Counted from the first letter of the stretch, positions 16,920 through 27,038 are shown. The stretch: DNA of 32,000 bases from Microcystis aeruginosa NIES-2549 (GCF_000981785.2 NZ_CP011304.1:2520001-2552000); one strand, 5' to 3'. Translations and numbers: made by a program. The notes: generated by a model from the letters alone, not told the origin.

Positions 16920-18392
16920 CTAGTCGATCTCTCCTTTTATTACCGTTGCGATCGCTGCTCGGGCATTTTCCTTAAATTCCTTGACATCGACGCGACTTAA
17001 TAACCAAACTGCTAGGATCATTCCCAATGCTTGCACGAGGAAAACTAAGCCATAGGCTAAAACCGGGCTAGAAAAGACAAGTTTACCGATATTTAAAATC
17101 GTACCGCCTAAAACCGTGGCTAATCCCCGTGCGATCGCTTGGGATAATCCCCAAGCGCCGATAAAAGTTCCTGCGGTTTCGGCGGCGGTTAAATCTAACA
17201 TTAAACTGGTAGCCCCGGCGGTAATCATTCCCGAAGCTAAACCGAAAAAGAGCAAGCTTGATTTTAATAAACTTTGATTAGCAGAAAAGCCGGCAAAAAT
17301 CAAGAGAATAAAACAAATTGTTGCAAAAATACAGCCATATTTAGTGGTTTTTTGTTTACCGATGCGGGGAATGAGCATAAAACCCGTGGCAGCAATACCA
17401 AAAAGGGTTCCGGTTCCCCAAAAAGCGTTCAATTGGGTGGTTTGGGCGATACACATCCCAAAAACCTCGCCGCCAAAGGGTTCCATAATTGCATCCTGCA
17501 TAAATAAACTCAAAGTCATCATCAGCAGAAAGGTGAAAAATAAACCGGTTTGCCGACTAGCGGTGAGAACTTGTAGGGCATCTTTAAAGGTAATTTGATC
17601 CTCTCTTTGCACAAGAGTGGACCGACTACTAAAACGAGAATATTTTTTTTCTACGCCAAAAGTCGCTAAAATGCAGAGACCGAAAACGATAGCGGGCATA
17701 ATCGCGAACACGGGGTTAATATTCGCCTGTAGCTGCGGAATATTGGCTATAGGGGCTGATTGAGTCGGATCATAGGTCAAAATATTTGTACCGCAGATAT
17801 TGGGAGTATCCAGCAAACGAGAACTAACGATCGCCCCGACGACGATTCCCACCATCAGCATTGACCAAACTATAGCAACTAATTGCGATCGATTATCTTC
17901 ATCGGACACATCCACCAAGAGGGCAGCAAAAGGGGTGGAACTGGCGCTTAAAGCTAGTCCGTAGAGGGCGAAAATTAAAGCTAAGAGGGCAATCCAGGCG
18001 TAGGAAATGGTATTCCATCCCGAAGTTTGAATACTAAGTCCCAATTGCCAAACTACCTGCAAAGCAATAAAAGCTAAAGCGGTAAAAACTGCCGCCCCAA
18101 TCCAGACATAACCGCTGCGATGATGACCGAAAATAGTTTTACCGTCGGATCTTTGCCCAAACCAGATGCGTGCTGGACTAACAAACTGGTGCATAGCGAT
18201 CGCAGCTGCGGCGAGAAAGGGTAAAACTTTTAACTCATCAATCATAATCCGATTGAGAACCCCCAAAGTCAGCAGAGACATAATACCTAGTCCCATCTGA
18301 AAGAGTCCTAAGCGAAACATGGTAAAAAGCCCCAGTTTTGGCAGGGGTTTTGGGGATGAGTGAGTAGAATTGGAGATATCGCTGGTAGCCAT
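16920..18392 (-). CDS. MFS transporter, PucC/LhaA (BCD) family-like
   Basis: 490-aa ORF with about 12 hydrophobic segments. Its N-terminal region (FRLGLFQMGLGIMSLLTLGVLNRIMIDEL) resembles the PucC family signature. Confidence 0.7.
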   Translation of the reverse strand: MATSDISNSTHSSPKPLPKLGLFTMFRLGLFQMGLGIMSLLTLGVLNRIMIDELKVLPFLAAAAIAMHQFVSPARIWFGQRSDGKTIFGHHRSGYVWIGAAVFTALAFIALQVVWQLGLSIQTSGWNTISYAWIALLALIFALYGLALSASSTPFAALLVDVSDEDNRSQLVAIVWSMLMVGIVVGAIVSSRLLDTPNICGTNILTYDPTQSAPIANIPQLQANINPVFAIMPAIVFGLCILATFGVEKKYSRFSSRSTLVQREDQITFKDALQVLTASRQTGLFFTFLLMMTLSLFMQDAIMEPFGGEVFGMCIAQTTQLNAFWGTGTLFGIAATGFMLIPRIGKQKTTKYGCIFATICFILLIFAGFSANQSLLKSSLLFFGLASGMITAGATSLMLDLTAAETAGTFIGAWGLSQAIARGLATVLGGTILNIGKLVFSSPVLAYGLVFLVQALGMILAVWLLSRVDVKEFKENARAAIATVIKGEID

Positions 18393-18462
18393 GGTTAAAT
18401 CAATACAAAAAAAGCCAGTATTTAAAAATTTAACGCAGGACGAGCAGACATCTTCTGGGGAT

Positions 18463-19302
18463 TTAATTTTCTATCTCCAATAACCAAGTGGTCAGATCTG
18501 TCAAGCTGGTAAAATCGAGCAGCGCTTCTCCTAAAGTTTCTAATTGTTCTAGAGATAGTTCTTGGATTTGTTGGCCTAAAGTCGAGGATATTTCACCTAA
18601 ACGACGGTTAAGTAGCCGTAGAATCAAAGAAACCGCTTCTTCTCGTCTTCCTTCCTCTCTTCCTTGTGCTTTTCCACTTTCCCGGATATCCTGATAAATA
18701 ACTGATTCGCGCATAATTTCTTCCCTTAATAAGCTTCCGATGATTTCCTTACTTAATACTAACCCCGCCAGAATTGCTGTAGCGGCGGCTAAATTGCTTT
18801 TTTCAGTTCTACCCTCGATATTATCAATTTTTGCGGCTACTTGTCGTAGAATTTCGGGACGATTAGGGGTTTTTCCTAGATTGGCCAAGGGTAACAATCC
18901 TGATAATCCTAACATTTCCTCAGCAGCAATTTCCCAGAGACGAAGCACTTCATATTCATGACGGGTATTGGGAAGAATAAAAGCGTTTTCCTGCACCAAA
19001 GGTGATGAGGTTTCTTTCAGGTAAATTACCACTTGTCGCATGGTTTTTTTGGGGAAGCGACGATAGACTCTAGTGCGATAATCTAACATCCGAAAGGACA
19101 TTTTTGGGTCAGGTTCGGTCTGGAATTCGAGATGAAGAATCATCTGATCTGATTCTAACAAAATCAGGGCATCGGCCCGAATCGGTTCTAGAGACAGTTC
19201 CGAGGGACTCAATTGGGTGAAGGAGAGAGGTTCTCCTAATAACCATTGGGCGAAGTCACGACTATAATTTTCAGCGAGAAATTTACAGACATTATCATAC
19301 AT
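18463..19302 (-). CDS. Rpn-family recombination-promoting nuclease / putative transposase (PD-(D/E)XK with DUF4351-like C-terminus)
   Basis: 279-aa ORF. The N-terminus (YDNVCKFLAENYSRDFAQWLLG...EPIRADALILLES...ILHLEFQTEPDP..FRMLDY) matches this family, which is abundant in cyanobacteria. The C-terminal helical region (EGRREEAVSLILRLLNRRLGE) also fits. Confidence 0.75.
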   Translation of the reverse strand: MYDNVCKFLAENYSRDFAQWLLGEPLSFTQLSPSELSLEPIRADALILLESDQMILHLEFQTEPDPKMSFRMLDYRTRVYRRFPKKTMRQVVIYLKETSSPLVQENAFILPNTRHEYEVLRLWEIAAEEMLGLSGLLPLANLGKTPNRPEILRQVAAKIDNIEGRTEKSNLAAATAILAGLVLSKEIIGSLLREEIMRESVIYQDIRESGKAQGREEGRREEAVSLILRLLNRRLGEISSTLGQQIQELSLEQLETLGEALLDFTSLTDLTTWLLEIEN

Positions 19303-19465
19303 TTCTTGATTCTAATCAATTAGATATTTATAGCGTCTCTGATCAAGATAAAGTCTAACCTAATTTGGTATCGACGAGCGACTCCCCAAAACAAAAACTT
19401 TGTACCTCATCATTAAGATAACTGCTGTAAATTCGATCGAGAGATGGGGAGAGGAAAGTGTAGAT

Positions 19466-19500
19466 TACAATAAAACTGAGCCTCAAGGAGACTCAGTTTC
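19466..19500 (-). terminator. rho-independent terminator downstream of sigA
   Basis: On the minus strand, AAACTGAGTCTC-CTT-GAGGCTCAGTTT forms a 12-bp stem including one G-U pair. It is followed by TATTGT and lies about 22 nt after the sigA stop. Confidence 0.75.
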
Positions 19501-19521
19501 CAGTTTTTTAAGGACGGGAAA

Positions 19522-20772
19522 TTAACGAATGTACTCTTTGAGGATACTATTACGGTTAGGGTGACGCAGTTTCCGCAGGGCCTTGGCTTCTATTTGACGA
19601 ATGCGCTCGCGAGTAACGTTGAAAATCTGGCCGATTTCTTCGAGTGTTTTCATCCGGCCGTCATCTAAACCGTAGCGTAGCCGCAGCACATCGCGTTCGC
19701 GAGGACTAAGGGTATCGAGGACGTTTTCTAAATCCTCGCGTAATAAATTTTTAGAAACTTCATCTTCTGGGGTTTCCCCATCCGCTTCGATAAAGTCTCC
19801 TAAACGAGAATCTTCTTCTTTACCGATGGGAGTCTCTAGAGAAATCGGTAATTGAGCAGATTTGGCAATAAAACGCAGTTTTTCGATGGTCATCTCCATC
19901 TTGGTGGCGATTTCTTCCTCGGTGGGTTTGCGGCGCATTTCCTGAGAAAGAATCTTGGTGGTTTTTTTGATCCGGGAGATGGTTTCGTAGAGGTGGACGG
20001 GAAGACGAATGGTGCGGGATTGATCGGCGATCGCCCGGGTGATGGCTTGACGAATCCACCAAGTGGCATAGGTGGAGAATTTATAACCCTTTTCGTGGTC
20101 GAATTTTTCGGCGGCGCGGATCAAACCGAGGGAACCTTCTTGAATTAAATCTTGGAAGGAAAGACCGCGATTCATGTATTTCTTGGCGATCGAAACCACT
20201 AAACGCAGGTTCGATTGTACCATTTTTTCCTTAGCGCGACGACCATGGTACAATCGACGCTTAAAGGCCGATAAGTATTCCTTTGATTTCGCCAGCCATT
20301 CTTCCACCATGGGAGCCGTTAGCTCCGTCTTACCTAAATAAGCCTTAATATCCGATAATTTCGGTTCTTTTTCCGATTTTTCGGCGATAATTTTTTCGAT
20401 GCGCTCGAACAAGAAAACCTGTTTTCCCCATTCAGCATCGCTATAGAGGCGAAAATCTTCGCGAATGCGTTCTAATTTCAGTAGATCGGCGATTTTTCTC
20501 GCTAATTCGATCTCCTCCTCCGCTCTCAATAACCGAATCCTGCCAATCTCTTGCAGATAAATCCGAATCGAATCTTCCGTATAGGGTTTTTTTCTGGCCG
20601 CGTCGCGACGACGAGCGCTGGCAAGGCGGCGGGTTTTTTTGCCATCGTTGCTATCGCTGGTTTCTTCTAGCTCTAACTCGATATCCTCATCATCGAAGTC
20701 TTCGTCTAGGTCAATCAAATCTAAATCCAATTGCGGCTCGGTAAGGGTTAGTACATCGTGGGCCTGCGTCAT
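19522..20772 (-). CDS. sigA: RNA polymerase primary (group 1) sigma factor
   Basis: 416-aa ORF with an acidic N-terminus and conserved regions: 1.2 ([16 protein letters not shown]), 2 ([53 protein letters not shown]), 3 and 4 ([29 protein letters not shown]). Confidence 0.95.
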   Translation of the reverse strand: MTQAHDVLTLTEPQLDLDLIDLDEDFDDEDIELELEETSDSNDGKKTRRLASARRRDAARKKPYTEDSIRIYLQEIGRIRLLRAEEEIELARKIADLLKLERIREDFRLYSDAEWGKQVFLFERIEKIIAEKSEKEPKLSDIKAYLGKTELTAPMVEEWLAKSKEYLSAFKRRLYHGRRAKEKMVQSNLRLVVSIAKKYMNRGLSFQDLIQEGSLGLIRAAEKFDHEKGYKFSTYATWWIRQAITRAIADQSRTIRLPVHLYETISRIKKTTKILSQEMRRKPTEEEIATKMEMTIEKLRFIAKSAQLPISLETPIGKEEDSRLGDFIEADGETPEDEVSKNLLREDLENVLDTLSPRERDVLRLRYGLDDGRMKTLEEIGQIFNVTRERIRQIEAKALRKLRHPNRNSILKEYIR

Positions 20773-21346
20773 GCCGTTTTCCTCTTGCTCCTTCTGTGCA
20801 AAACTAGAAGATCGAATCTCAATCTAGGTGATACTGAACAAATTTGTGTCTCAAATCCGAGACGGGGAAAGACTTTTCCGATTGTAGCTTTAATTACAAC
20901 AAATGGGAGAAGATTTTTGCTTAAATTCTCTTGATTCTCTTGTGTCGATGCGATTTTAGCGACACGGAATGCTATTTTACCTCAGTCAACTCATAATCTG
21001 GCTCCTGCAAAAATTGGGTAAATGGCTGGAGGACTGAAATCCGACCGCCGGTTTGTCTGCGGTGTTGACCAGATAGCTAACAATCAAAGGAATTATTGGA
21101 CGGGTTAACTGTTCCCACTGGCAAGGGGAATAGCATCCCTATTTGCCTTGCTAATTCCTTTAGTCCTTAGCTATTGTATTTAATTTGATCAGATTCTTAC
21201 GTATAAATTTCATCCCTCATTAATTTTACGCGAATCTGTTTTTGGTACATTTGCACCATAATTAATCAGAGCGCAAGCTCATAATATTAACTTAGCAACA
21301 TTTTAGAAATTTGCGAGACAAATTTAAGATTTTCTCCAATAGCACC

Positions 21347-21390
21347 GTGGGGTGTGGGGTGTGGGGTGTGGGGTGTGGGGTGTGGGGTGT
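21347..21390. repeat. heptanucleotide tandem repeat (GTGGGGT) x 6
   Basis: Six contiguous perfect GTGGGGT copies plus GT, located in the leuA-sigA intergenic region. Confidence 0.95.
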
Positions 21391-21402
21391 TTTCTCAGTG
21401 AA

Positions 21403-21435
21403 CTGATAACTGATAACTGATAACTGATAACTGAC
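21403..21435. repeat. heptanucleotide tandem repeat (CTGATAA) x 4 (STRR-like)
   Basis: Four perfect CTGATAA copies plus a partial one, 12 nt downstream of the GTGGGGT array. Confidence 0.95.
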
Positions 21436-21473
21436 TCCTAACCCCACCGACCAAATTGTTCAGCAAACCCTAT

Positions 21474-23075
21474 CTAGACTTGTAGCATTTCTGGGGTTTT
21501 TTCCTTCTGCTGCAGTGCGACATGGAGACGGTTTAAGGCGCTGATGTAGGCGCGAGCGGAGGCGACAATAATATCGGTATCGGCTGCGCGAGCAGAGTAG
21601 GTGCGTCCTTCGTAACGGAGACGGATAGTCACTTCTCCTAAAGCATCGATTCCCTCGGTAACTTCTCGCACCGAGAAAGAAATTAATTCGTTAGGAATCT
21701 GCACCACTCGATCGATCGCTTTGCAGAGAGCATCCACCGGTCCTGTACCGATGGCCGCATCGGATAACTCGCTACCGTCGGGAGTGCGAATCGTTACCGT
21801 GGCCGTGGGTCTGGCACTATTTCCACAGGACACTTGTACTAATTCAAGGCGGAAGTGATCGGGAACCGTATCGATTTCATCGTTAACAATCGCTTCTAGA
21901 TCGCGATCGGTGATTTCCTTTTTGCGATCAGCCATTTCCTTAAACTGGATGAAAGCGTTATTAAGTTCCGTTTCCGAAAGCTCAAAACCCAATTCCTGTA
22001 AACGAGAGCGAAAAGCGTTGCGGCCGGAGAGTTTACCGAGGACGATCTGATTATGGGTCAAACCGATCGATTCTGCATCCATAATCTCATAGGTGAGTTT
22101 ATGTTTTAACACCCCGTCCTGATGGATTCCCGACTCGTGTGCGAAAGCGTTAGCACCGACGATCGCCTTATTCGGTTGCACGATCATGCCGGTCAGATTA
22201 GAAACTAGGCGAGAAGTGCGATAGATTTCCTTGGTGTTGATCTTGGTTAAAGGTTCCGTGGACTCTGCTGGACGACCGAGGAAAGGATTAAAATAGGAGC
22301 GCCGCACATGAAGAGCCATCACCAATTCTTCTAGGGAAGCATTACCCGCACGCTCACCGATACCATTAATAGTACATTCCAACTGTCGAGCGCCATTTTT
22401 AACTGCTTCGAGGAAATTAGCCACCGCTAACCCTAAATCGTCGTGACCATGGACGGAGATAATCGCTTGGTCGATATTGGGGACATTTTCCTTAATACCA
22501 CGGATTAAAGCCCCAAATTCGCTGGGGGTGGTATAACCGACGGTATCGGGAATATTAACGGTGGTGGCTCCTGCGGCGATCGCTCTTTCGAGGACTTGGT
22601 AGAGGAATTCCGGATCGCTGCGGCCGGCATCTTCGGGGGAAAATTCCACATCATTAAGGAAGGATTTGGCATAGGCCACCATTTCCGGCACAATCTCAAG
22701 AACTTCCTGACGAGTCTTCTTAAGTTTGTATTGGAGGTGTATATCAGATGTGGCTAGGAAGGTGTGAATTCTCGGCTTGGCGGCGGGTCTGAGCGCATCG
22801 GCGGCAGATTTTATATCTTTTTGGGTAGTGCGGGCTAATCCGCAAATAATCGGGCTATCAGCTTCGCCGCCGACGCTGGCGGCAATTTTCTGCACCGCAT
22901 CAAAGTCCCCCGGACTAGCGTGGGGAAAACCCGCTTCAATGACATCAACTCCCAGTCGTGCCAGTGCGCGGGCTATGGTTAGCTTCTCATCCACATTTAA
23001 AGCGGCACCCGGGGACTGTTCCCCATCTCGAAGGGTGGTATCGAAGATAATCACACGGTCTGGACTGGTATTCAT
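21474..23075 (-). CDS. leuA: 2-isopropylmalate synthase
   Basis: 533-aa ORF with [13 protein letters not shown], the HxH motif ([14 protein letters not shown]), [10 protein letters not shown] and a C-terminal LeuA dimerisation/regulatory domain. Confidence 0.95.
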   Translation of the reverse strand: MNTSPDRVIIFDTTLRDGEQSPGAALNVDEKLTIARALARLGVDVIEAGFPHASPGDFDAVQKIAASVGGEADSPIICGLARTTQKDIKSAADALRPAAKPRIHTFLATSDIHLQYKLKKTRQEVLEIVPEMVAYAKSFLNDVEFSPEDAGRSDPEFLYQVLERAIAAGATTVNIPDTVGYTTPSEFGALIRGIKENVPNIDQAIISVHGHDDLGLAVANFLEAVKNGARQLECTINGIGERAGNASLEELVMALHVRRSYFNPFLGRPAESTEPLTKINTKEIYRTSRLVSNLTGMIVQPNKAIVGANAFAHESGIHQDGVLKHKLTYEIMDAESIGLTHNQIVLGKLSGRNAFRSRLQELGFELSETELNNAFIQFKEMADRKKEITDRDLEAIVNDEIDTVPDHFRLELVQVSCGNSARPTATVTIRTPDGSELSDAAIGTGPVDALCKAIDRVVQIPNELISFSVREVTEGIDALGEVTIRLRYEGRTYSARAADTDIIVASARAYISALNRLHVALQQKEKTPEMLQV

Positions 23076-23223
23076 AGTTTTTTTGTACCGTTAACGAACT
23101 TGGGAGTTGTTCCTCTGATTATAGCAGCCGAGGCCGAGGGGGTTATAAGGAAAATTGCCCTGAGAATTTCTCGACTTGCTCGCGCTTTTCCGGCTTGCCC
23201 TCTTTTTGGCTACCATAGAGGAT

Positions 23224-23586
23224 ATGGATAAATTGGCGAGGGAGTTAACAATGTTTGGCAAACCAGGGAAAGAACCGAACCCACCGGAGGTAAAAGACTT
23301 ACAGGAGGTGATGTTTTCGATTAAGCAAAATCTCGAACCAGATCAGGATAAAGCTGATATTAATCTTGTTGATCCTCCCACTCCAGAGGTAGTTACTGTA
23401 GTTGAAAATATTAGTAAAATTCTCTCTCCCTATTTTATCGTTTTGGTGGGTTTATTCCTCTATGATCGAAATAGTTTTATCGGTTTTTTATTAGTCTTTA
23501 CGGGAGTTTTAGCGATTTTTGGAGTTTCCCTCAAGGATATTAATAAACTCGTTGAAGAAGGGAAAAAGTTTTTCCAATCTAAGTAG
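23224..23586 (+). CDS. hypothetical small membrane protein
   Basis: ORF from ATG 23224 (MDKLAREL...), preceded by AGAGGA; the track start at 23176 is a TTG. The C-terminal half has two hydrophobic segments (YFIVLVGLFLY, FIGFLLVFTGVLAIFGV). No family was recognised. Confidence 0.5.
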   Translation: MDKLARELTMFGKPGKEPNPPEVKDLQEVMFSIKQNLEPDQDKADINLVDPPTPEVVTVVENISKILSPYFIVLVGLFLYDRNSFIGFLLVFTGVLAIFGVSLKDINKLVEEGKKFFQSK

Positions 23587-23604
23587 TTTTATCCTCTGGA
23601 TATG

Positions 23605-23660
23605 GTGATAACTGATAACTGATAACTGATAACTGATAACTGATAACTGATAACTGATAT
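23605..23660. repeat. heptanucleotide tandem repeat (CTGATAA), 6 perfect plus 2 degenerate copies
   Basis: GTGATAA, then (CTGATAA) x 6, then CTGATAT, ending immediately upstream of the ATG at 23667. Confidence 0.95.
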
Positions 23661-23666
23661 AAGATT

Positions 23667-25214
23667 ATGTCTTTAGTTGCATCTTTACTCGATCGAGTAT
23701 CTCCTCAGAGTTTACAACAATTGCGAGCCAGTGATCGAGCTTGGCAAGCTTTGCGTTTAGAAAATCCGCTTATTCCCACGGTAATTAATCAAAGTCAAGA
23801 ATCTTTAGGAGATACGGATTTTGATCTAGTTATTGCCGGGGGAACTTTGGGAATTTTCATCGGGGCTGCTTTACAAACCAGGGGCTGGCGTGTGGCATTA
23901 TTAGAAAGAGGTATTCTGCGCGGTCGTGAGCAGGAGTGGAATATTTCACGTTTAGAATTAAGCAGTTTTTTAGAGTTAGATTTATTGACCGAAGCTGAAT
24001 TGAATCAAGCGATAGCGACAGAATATAATCCTGCTAGGGTGGGATTTTATCAAGGTTATGAGCTTTGGGTCAGAGATATTTTAAATATTGGTGTTAATCC
24101 GGTTTATTTGCTAGAGACTTTAAAAACGAAGTTTTTAGAAGCGGGAGGAAAGTTATTAGAAAATTCGGGATTTAGTGGGGCGATTATTCATACCGATGGA
24201 GTAATGGTTAAAACGGGAGAAGTGACTTTAAAAACCCGTTTATTAATCGATGCCATGGGTCATTTTTCAGCAATTGCAAAACAGGCAAGAAAAGGAGAAA
24301 AACCCGATGGAGTTTGTTTAGTGGTGGGTAGTTGCGGTCAGGGTTTTCCCAGTAATGAAACTGGTGATTTGATTTATTCTTTTACCCCAATCTTGCACCA
24401 ATGTCAATACTTTTGGGAAGCATTTCCCGCTAGGGATGGTCGGACAACTTATTTATTTACCTATCTTGATACCCATCCCGATCGCTTTAGTTTAGAATTT
24501 TTGATGGAGGAGTATTTAAGATTACTGCCGGAGTATCAAAAGGTGGATTTAGAAGCGGTAAACTTTCAGCGTTTTCTAGCGGGTTTTTTCCCTGCCTATC
24601 GTCAAAGTCCTTTAAAAATGCCTTGGTCAAGAATTCTGGCAGTGGGAGATAGTAGCGGTAGTCAATCTCCGGTAAGTTTTGGTGGTTTTGGGGCAATGGT
24701 CAGACATTTAAAAAGGCTAACTTTCGCCATCGAGGAAGCTTTACAAATTGATGCTTTAAACCGAGAAGATTTAGCTATTTTACAACCCTATCAACCGAAT
24801 ATATCGGTAACTTGGCTATTTCAAAAAACCATGAGTGTTGCCATGTCTGCTAACCCTAATCCCAATCAAATTAATGACTTAATGAGTGGAGTTTTTCGGG
24901 TAATGGACAAGTTAGGAGATGAGGTCTTAAAACCATTTTTACAGGATGTGGTGCAGTTTTCTTCCCTCTCAAAAACTTTGCCTTTGGTTAATCCTCAATT
25001 AGTTTTACCGATGATTCCACAAGTGGGTATCAGTCCTTTTATCGATTGGACGGGACATTATTTGAATTTAGCTTTGTATAGTGGTTTATATCCCTTGGCA
25101 GCCACCTTAAAACCTGTTTTAGAAAAGTTACCCGACAGGCAAAAATATCTTTATCATCGTTATTTAGACAGTTGGAAATATGGCTCTGGGGGAGATTTTA
25201 TCAGTAATCAGTGA
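23667..25214 (+). CDS. FAD/NAD(P)-binding oxidoreductase, CruA/CruP lycopene-cyclase-like
   Basis: 515-aa ORF with a Rossmann dinucleotide motif (FDLVIAGGTLGIFIGAAL...VALLERG) and REQEWNISRLEL, which I associate with the cyanobacterial CruA/CruP family. The product assignment comes from recall, not from a search. Confidence 0.5.
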   Translation: MSLVASLLDRVSPQSLQQLRASDRAWQALRLENPLIPTVINQSQESLGDTDFDLVIAGGTLGIFIGAALQTRGWRVALLERGILRGREQEWNISRLELSSFLELDLLTEAELNQAIATEYNPARVGFYQGYELWVRDILNIGVNPVYLLETLKTKFLEAGGKLLENSGFSGAIIHTDGVMVKTGEVTLKTRLLIDAMGHFSAIAKQARKGEKPDGVCLVVGSCGQGFPSNETGDLIYSFTPILHQCQYFWEAFPARDGRTTYLFTYLDTHPDRFSLEFLMEEYLRLLPEYQKVDLEAVNFQRFLAGFFPAYRQSPLKMPWSRILAVGDSSGSQSPVSFGGFGAMVRHLKRLTFAIEEALQIDALNREDLAILQPYQPNISVTWLFQKTMSVAMSANPNPNQINDLMSGVFRVMDKLGDEVLKPFLQDVVQFSSLSKTLPLVNPQLVLPMIPQVGISPFIDWTGHYLNLALYSGLYPLAATLKPVLEKLPDRQKYLYHRYLDSWKYGSGGDFISNQ

Positions 25215-25256
25215 TCAGTGATCAGTAAACAGTGAACAGTGAACTGATTACTGATA
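25196..25256. repeat. degenerate heptamer array (CAGTGAT / CAGTGAA / CTGATTA variants)
   Basis: ATCAGTAATCAGTGATCAGTGATCAGTAAACAGTGAACAGTGAACTGATTACTGATA. It overlaps the stop of the preceding CDS. Confidence 0.8.
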
Positions 25257-25426
25257 GGGTGCATCTCTTATTGGTGACATTCTCTCACATATTGGTGAGC
25301 AGCAGAAGTTATTCCAAGAGGGCGAATGCAATTCGCCCCTACAATAATATTATCGCGTCAATGGTAGGGGCGCACTGCGTGCGCCCAAATGTAATATAGA
25401 TATTTCTACAAAATTGAGATGCACCC
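25257..25426. mobile_element. 170-bp MITE-like or structured element with perfect 11-bp terminal inverted repeats, embedded in a heptamer array
   Basis: GGGTGCATCTC (25257-25267) pairs with GAGATGCACCC (25416-25426). Internal GC-rich hairpins are GGGCGAAT-GCA-ATTCGCCC, CCCCTAC...GTAGGGG and GGGCGCAC-TGC-GTGCGCCC. Confidence 0.6.
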
Positions 25427-25429
25427 CAT

Positions 25430-25457
25430 CTGATAACTGATAACTGATAACTGATTT
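25430..25457. repeat. heptanucleotide tandem repeat (CTGATAA) x 3 plus a degenerate copy
   Basis: CTGATAACTGATAACTGATAACTGATTT, abutting the 3' end of the minus-strand CDS at 25456. Confidence 0.9.
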
Positions 25458-26964
25458 AATCTTTATCTTGAAAAAATTGTTGATCGAGATAATTAACTTT
25501 AGCATAGGGTTCTAAAGCGGAGAGAATTTGTCGGCCATAACTGCGGGCATTGACACGATTATCGAGGACAGCCACACAACCTTGACACTCCCGGAGAGAC
25601 TGGACAGATTGCTGAATTTCCCTTACTGCTGTGGGTAAAAGATAGGCACGAAACCAGTCGAGATGTTGTCGTTTATAGTAGGCAATTTTGCCAGCAACGA
25701 GAGGATTTTCGGGGGAGGGTAAGGGTAAAGTAGCGATAATTAATAAACTGGGAGTCGGAAATTTTTCTTGATGGGTTTGCCAGAATTGCCAACCACAAAC
25801 GAGAATAGTATTACTATTAATCTCAGTTTTTTCCACTTGCACTCGCGAACCGTAATCGGCTGCCATTTGGGTGGCAATTTGTGCCTTGAGGGGAACATCT
25901 TCAATCAGGATTACTATCGGTTGTTCACTGGTATGATTAGCACTAACTAATTCCCGCACTTGCTTTAATAACATCGGTTGAAATTCGGGGGTATTGGGGG
26001 CGCTGATGCGATCGGGTAGATATAAATGAATATATTCACTTTCGCGATCAGCTGCAAACTTTAGAGTTAAAATTTCTCCGATACCCTGATTTTGACGGTA
26101 TAAATTAGCGGATTTTTCGCTATCTAAAAAACTGCCGATTAAAACAAAGGGTTGCTGCTGCCAAATCGGTTTGAAAAAACTAGCCACCTCCAAAGGACTG
26201 ATTTTTAGGGTAAATTCTTCTCGATCTCGATCTACGGATGTCCAGAGGAGATAATTAAGCTCGGGGATTTTTGCCGCTAGAAGTTGCCAAACAGAATCAG
26301 TGGTTAAGTCTTGATCCAAGCGTTGCAGGAGAGCAATTATATATTCTTTTTCCTTGGCATCAATAAGATAGCAATTATAGGGATTAATTGGATGACCAAG
26401 AATACTTTGGCTAAGTTGTGCTTTAATTAAGTCTATAAACTCTCTATGCTGGGGATATGCTGACCCTAAAGCGAACCATTGTTCGGGAGTAATGGTGACG
26501 GTGAGATAATCTACTAGACAAGTTTCTAAATCTTCGGCCCGATCGATTATTGTGGGGATATTCTGGGGAAAATGACCGAGATTGCCCAATTTATCCTCTA
26601 ACCATTGTTGGGGTGTGGTGAGGAGTAAACCGGTAAAATTAGCGGGAAAGCGATCGCTTTTGAGGATATTTCGCTGAGTTTGTAACCATGCTTGCAGATG
26701 GGGGATTTCCACTTCTAAAAGTAGGTTTAGTTCCGACTCTGGGGCAACAATCAGAACAGGTGTATCACCCAAAAGAGCCGGGGTGAGATAACTGAGACAA
26801 TAACGGGATAGAGTAGTTCCAGTTTGTATGAGAGAGGAACGTTTTAAGCGTAAAGCTCTAGCCACCAGTCGCCCCATAGTGAGATGATGAGACCAGTAAA
26901 AGCGTCCTTGTTCGCGTAAAAAAGCGCGTAGGGAAGAATGAACCGCTGCTTCTAATAAAACCAT
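25456..26964 (-). CDS. DinG/Rad3-like helicase-related protein with a degenerate Walker A
   Basis: 502-aa ORF. The C-terminus (GCVAVLDNRVNARSYGRQILSALEP) resembles the helicase C-terminal domain of the DinG/XPD family. The N-terminal position where GxGKT is expected reads LIQTGTTLSRY. Confidence 0.5.
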   Translation of the reverse strand: MVLLEAAVHSSLRAFLREQGRFYWSHHLTMGRLVARALRLKRSSLIQTGTTLSRYCLSYLTPALLGDTPVLIVAPESELNLLLEVEIPHLQAWLQTQRNILKSDRFPANFTGLLLTTPQQWLEDKLGNLGHFPQNIPTIIDRAEDLETCLVDYLTVTITPEQWFALGSAYPQHREFIDLIKAQLSQSILGHPINPYNCYLIDAKEKEYIIALLQRLDQDLTTDSVWQLLAAKIPELNYLLWTSVDRDREEFTLKISPLEVASFFKPIWQQQPFVLIGSFLDSEKSANLYRQNQGIGEILTLKFAADRESEYIHLYLPDRISAPNTPEFQPMLLKQVRELVSANHTSEQPIVILIEDVPLKAQIATQMAADYGSRVQVEKTEINSNTILVCGWQFWQTHQEKFPTPSLLIIATLPLPSPENPLVAGKIAYYKRQHLDWFRAYLLPTAVREIQQSVQSLRECQGCVAVLDNRVNARSYGRQILSALEPYAKVNYLDQQFFQDKD

Positions 26965-27010
26965 CTCATCTCAGTTATTGGTTATCAGTAGTCAAACCTA
27001 CTCCCACGAG

Positions 27011-27038
27011 TTGACCGTGGATATTTTAAGTTTATGCT
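27011..27038 (+). promoter_or_regulatory. candidate psb28 promoter
   Basis: TTGACC (27011-27016), a 16-nt spacer, then TATGCT (27033-27038), about 80 nt upstream of the psb28 ATG. Confidence 0.3.

Noticed and set aside
19820-20148. ORFs 19820..20062 (minus, alternative frame) and 19852..20148 (plus) inside sigA
   Set aside because: They lie wholly within the highly conserved sigma factor coding region, and their low-complexity translations mark them as shadow ORFs.
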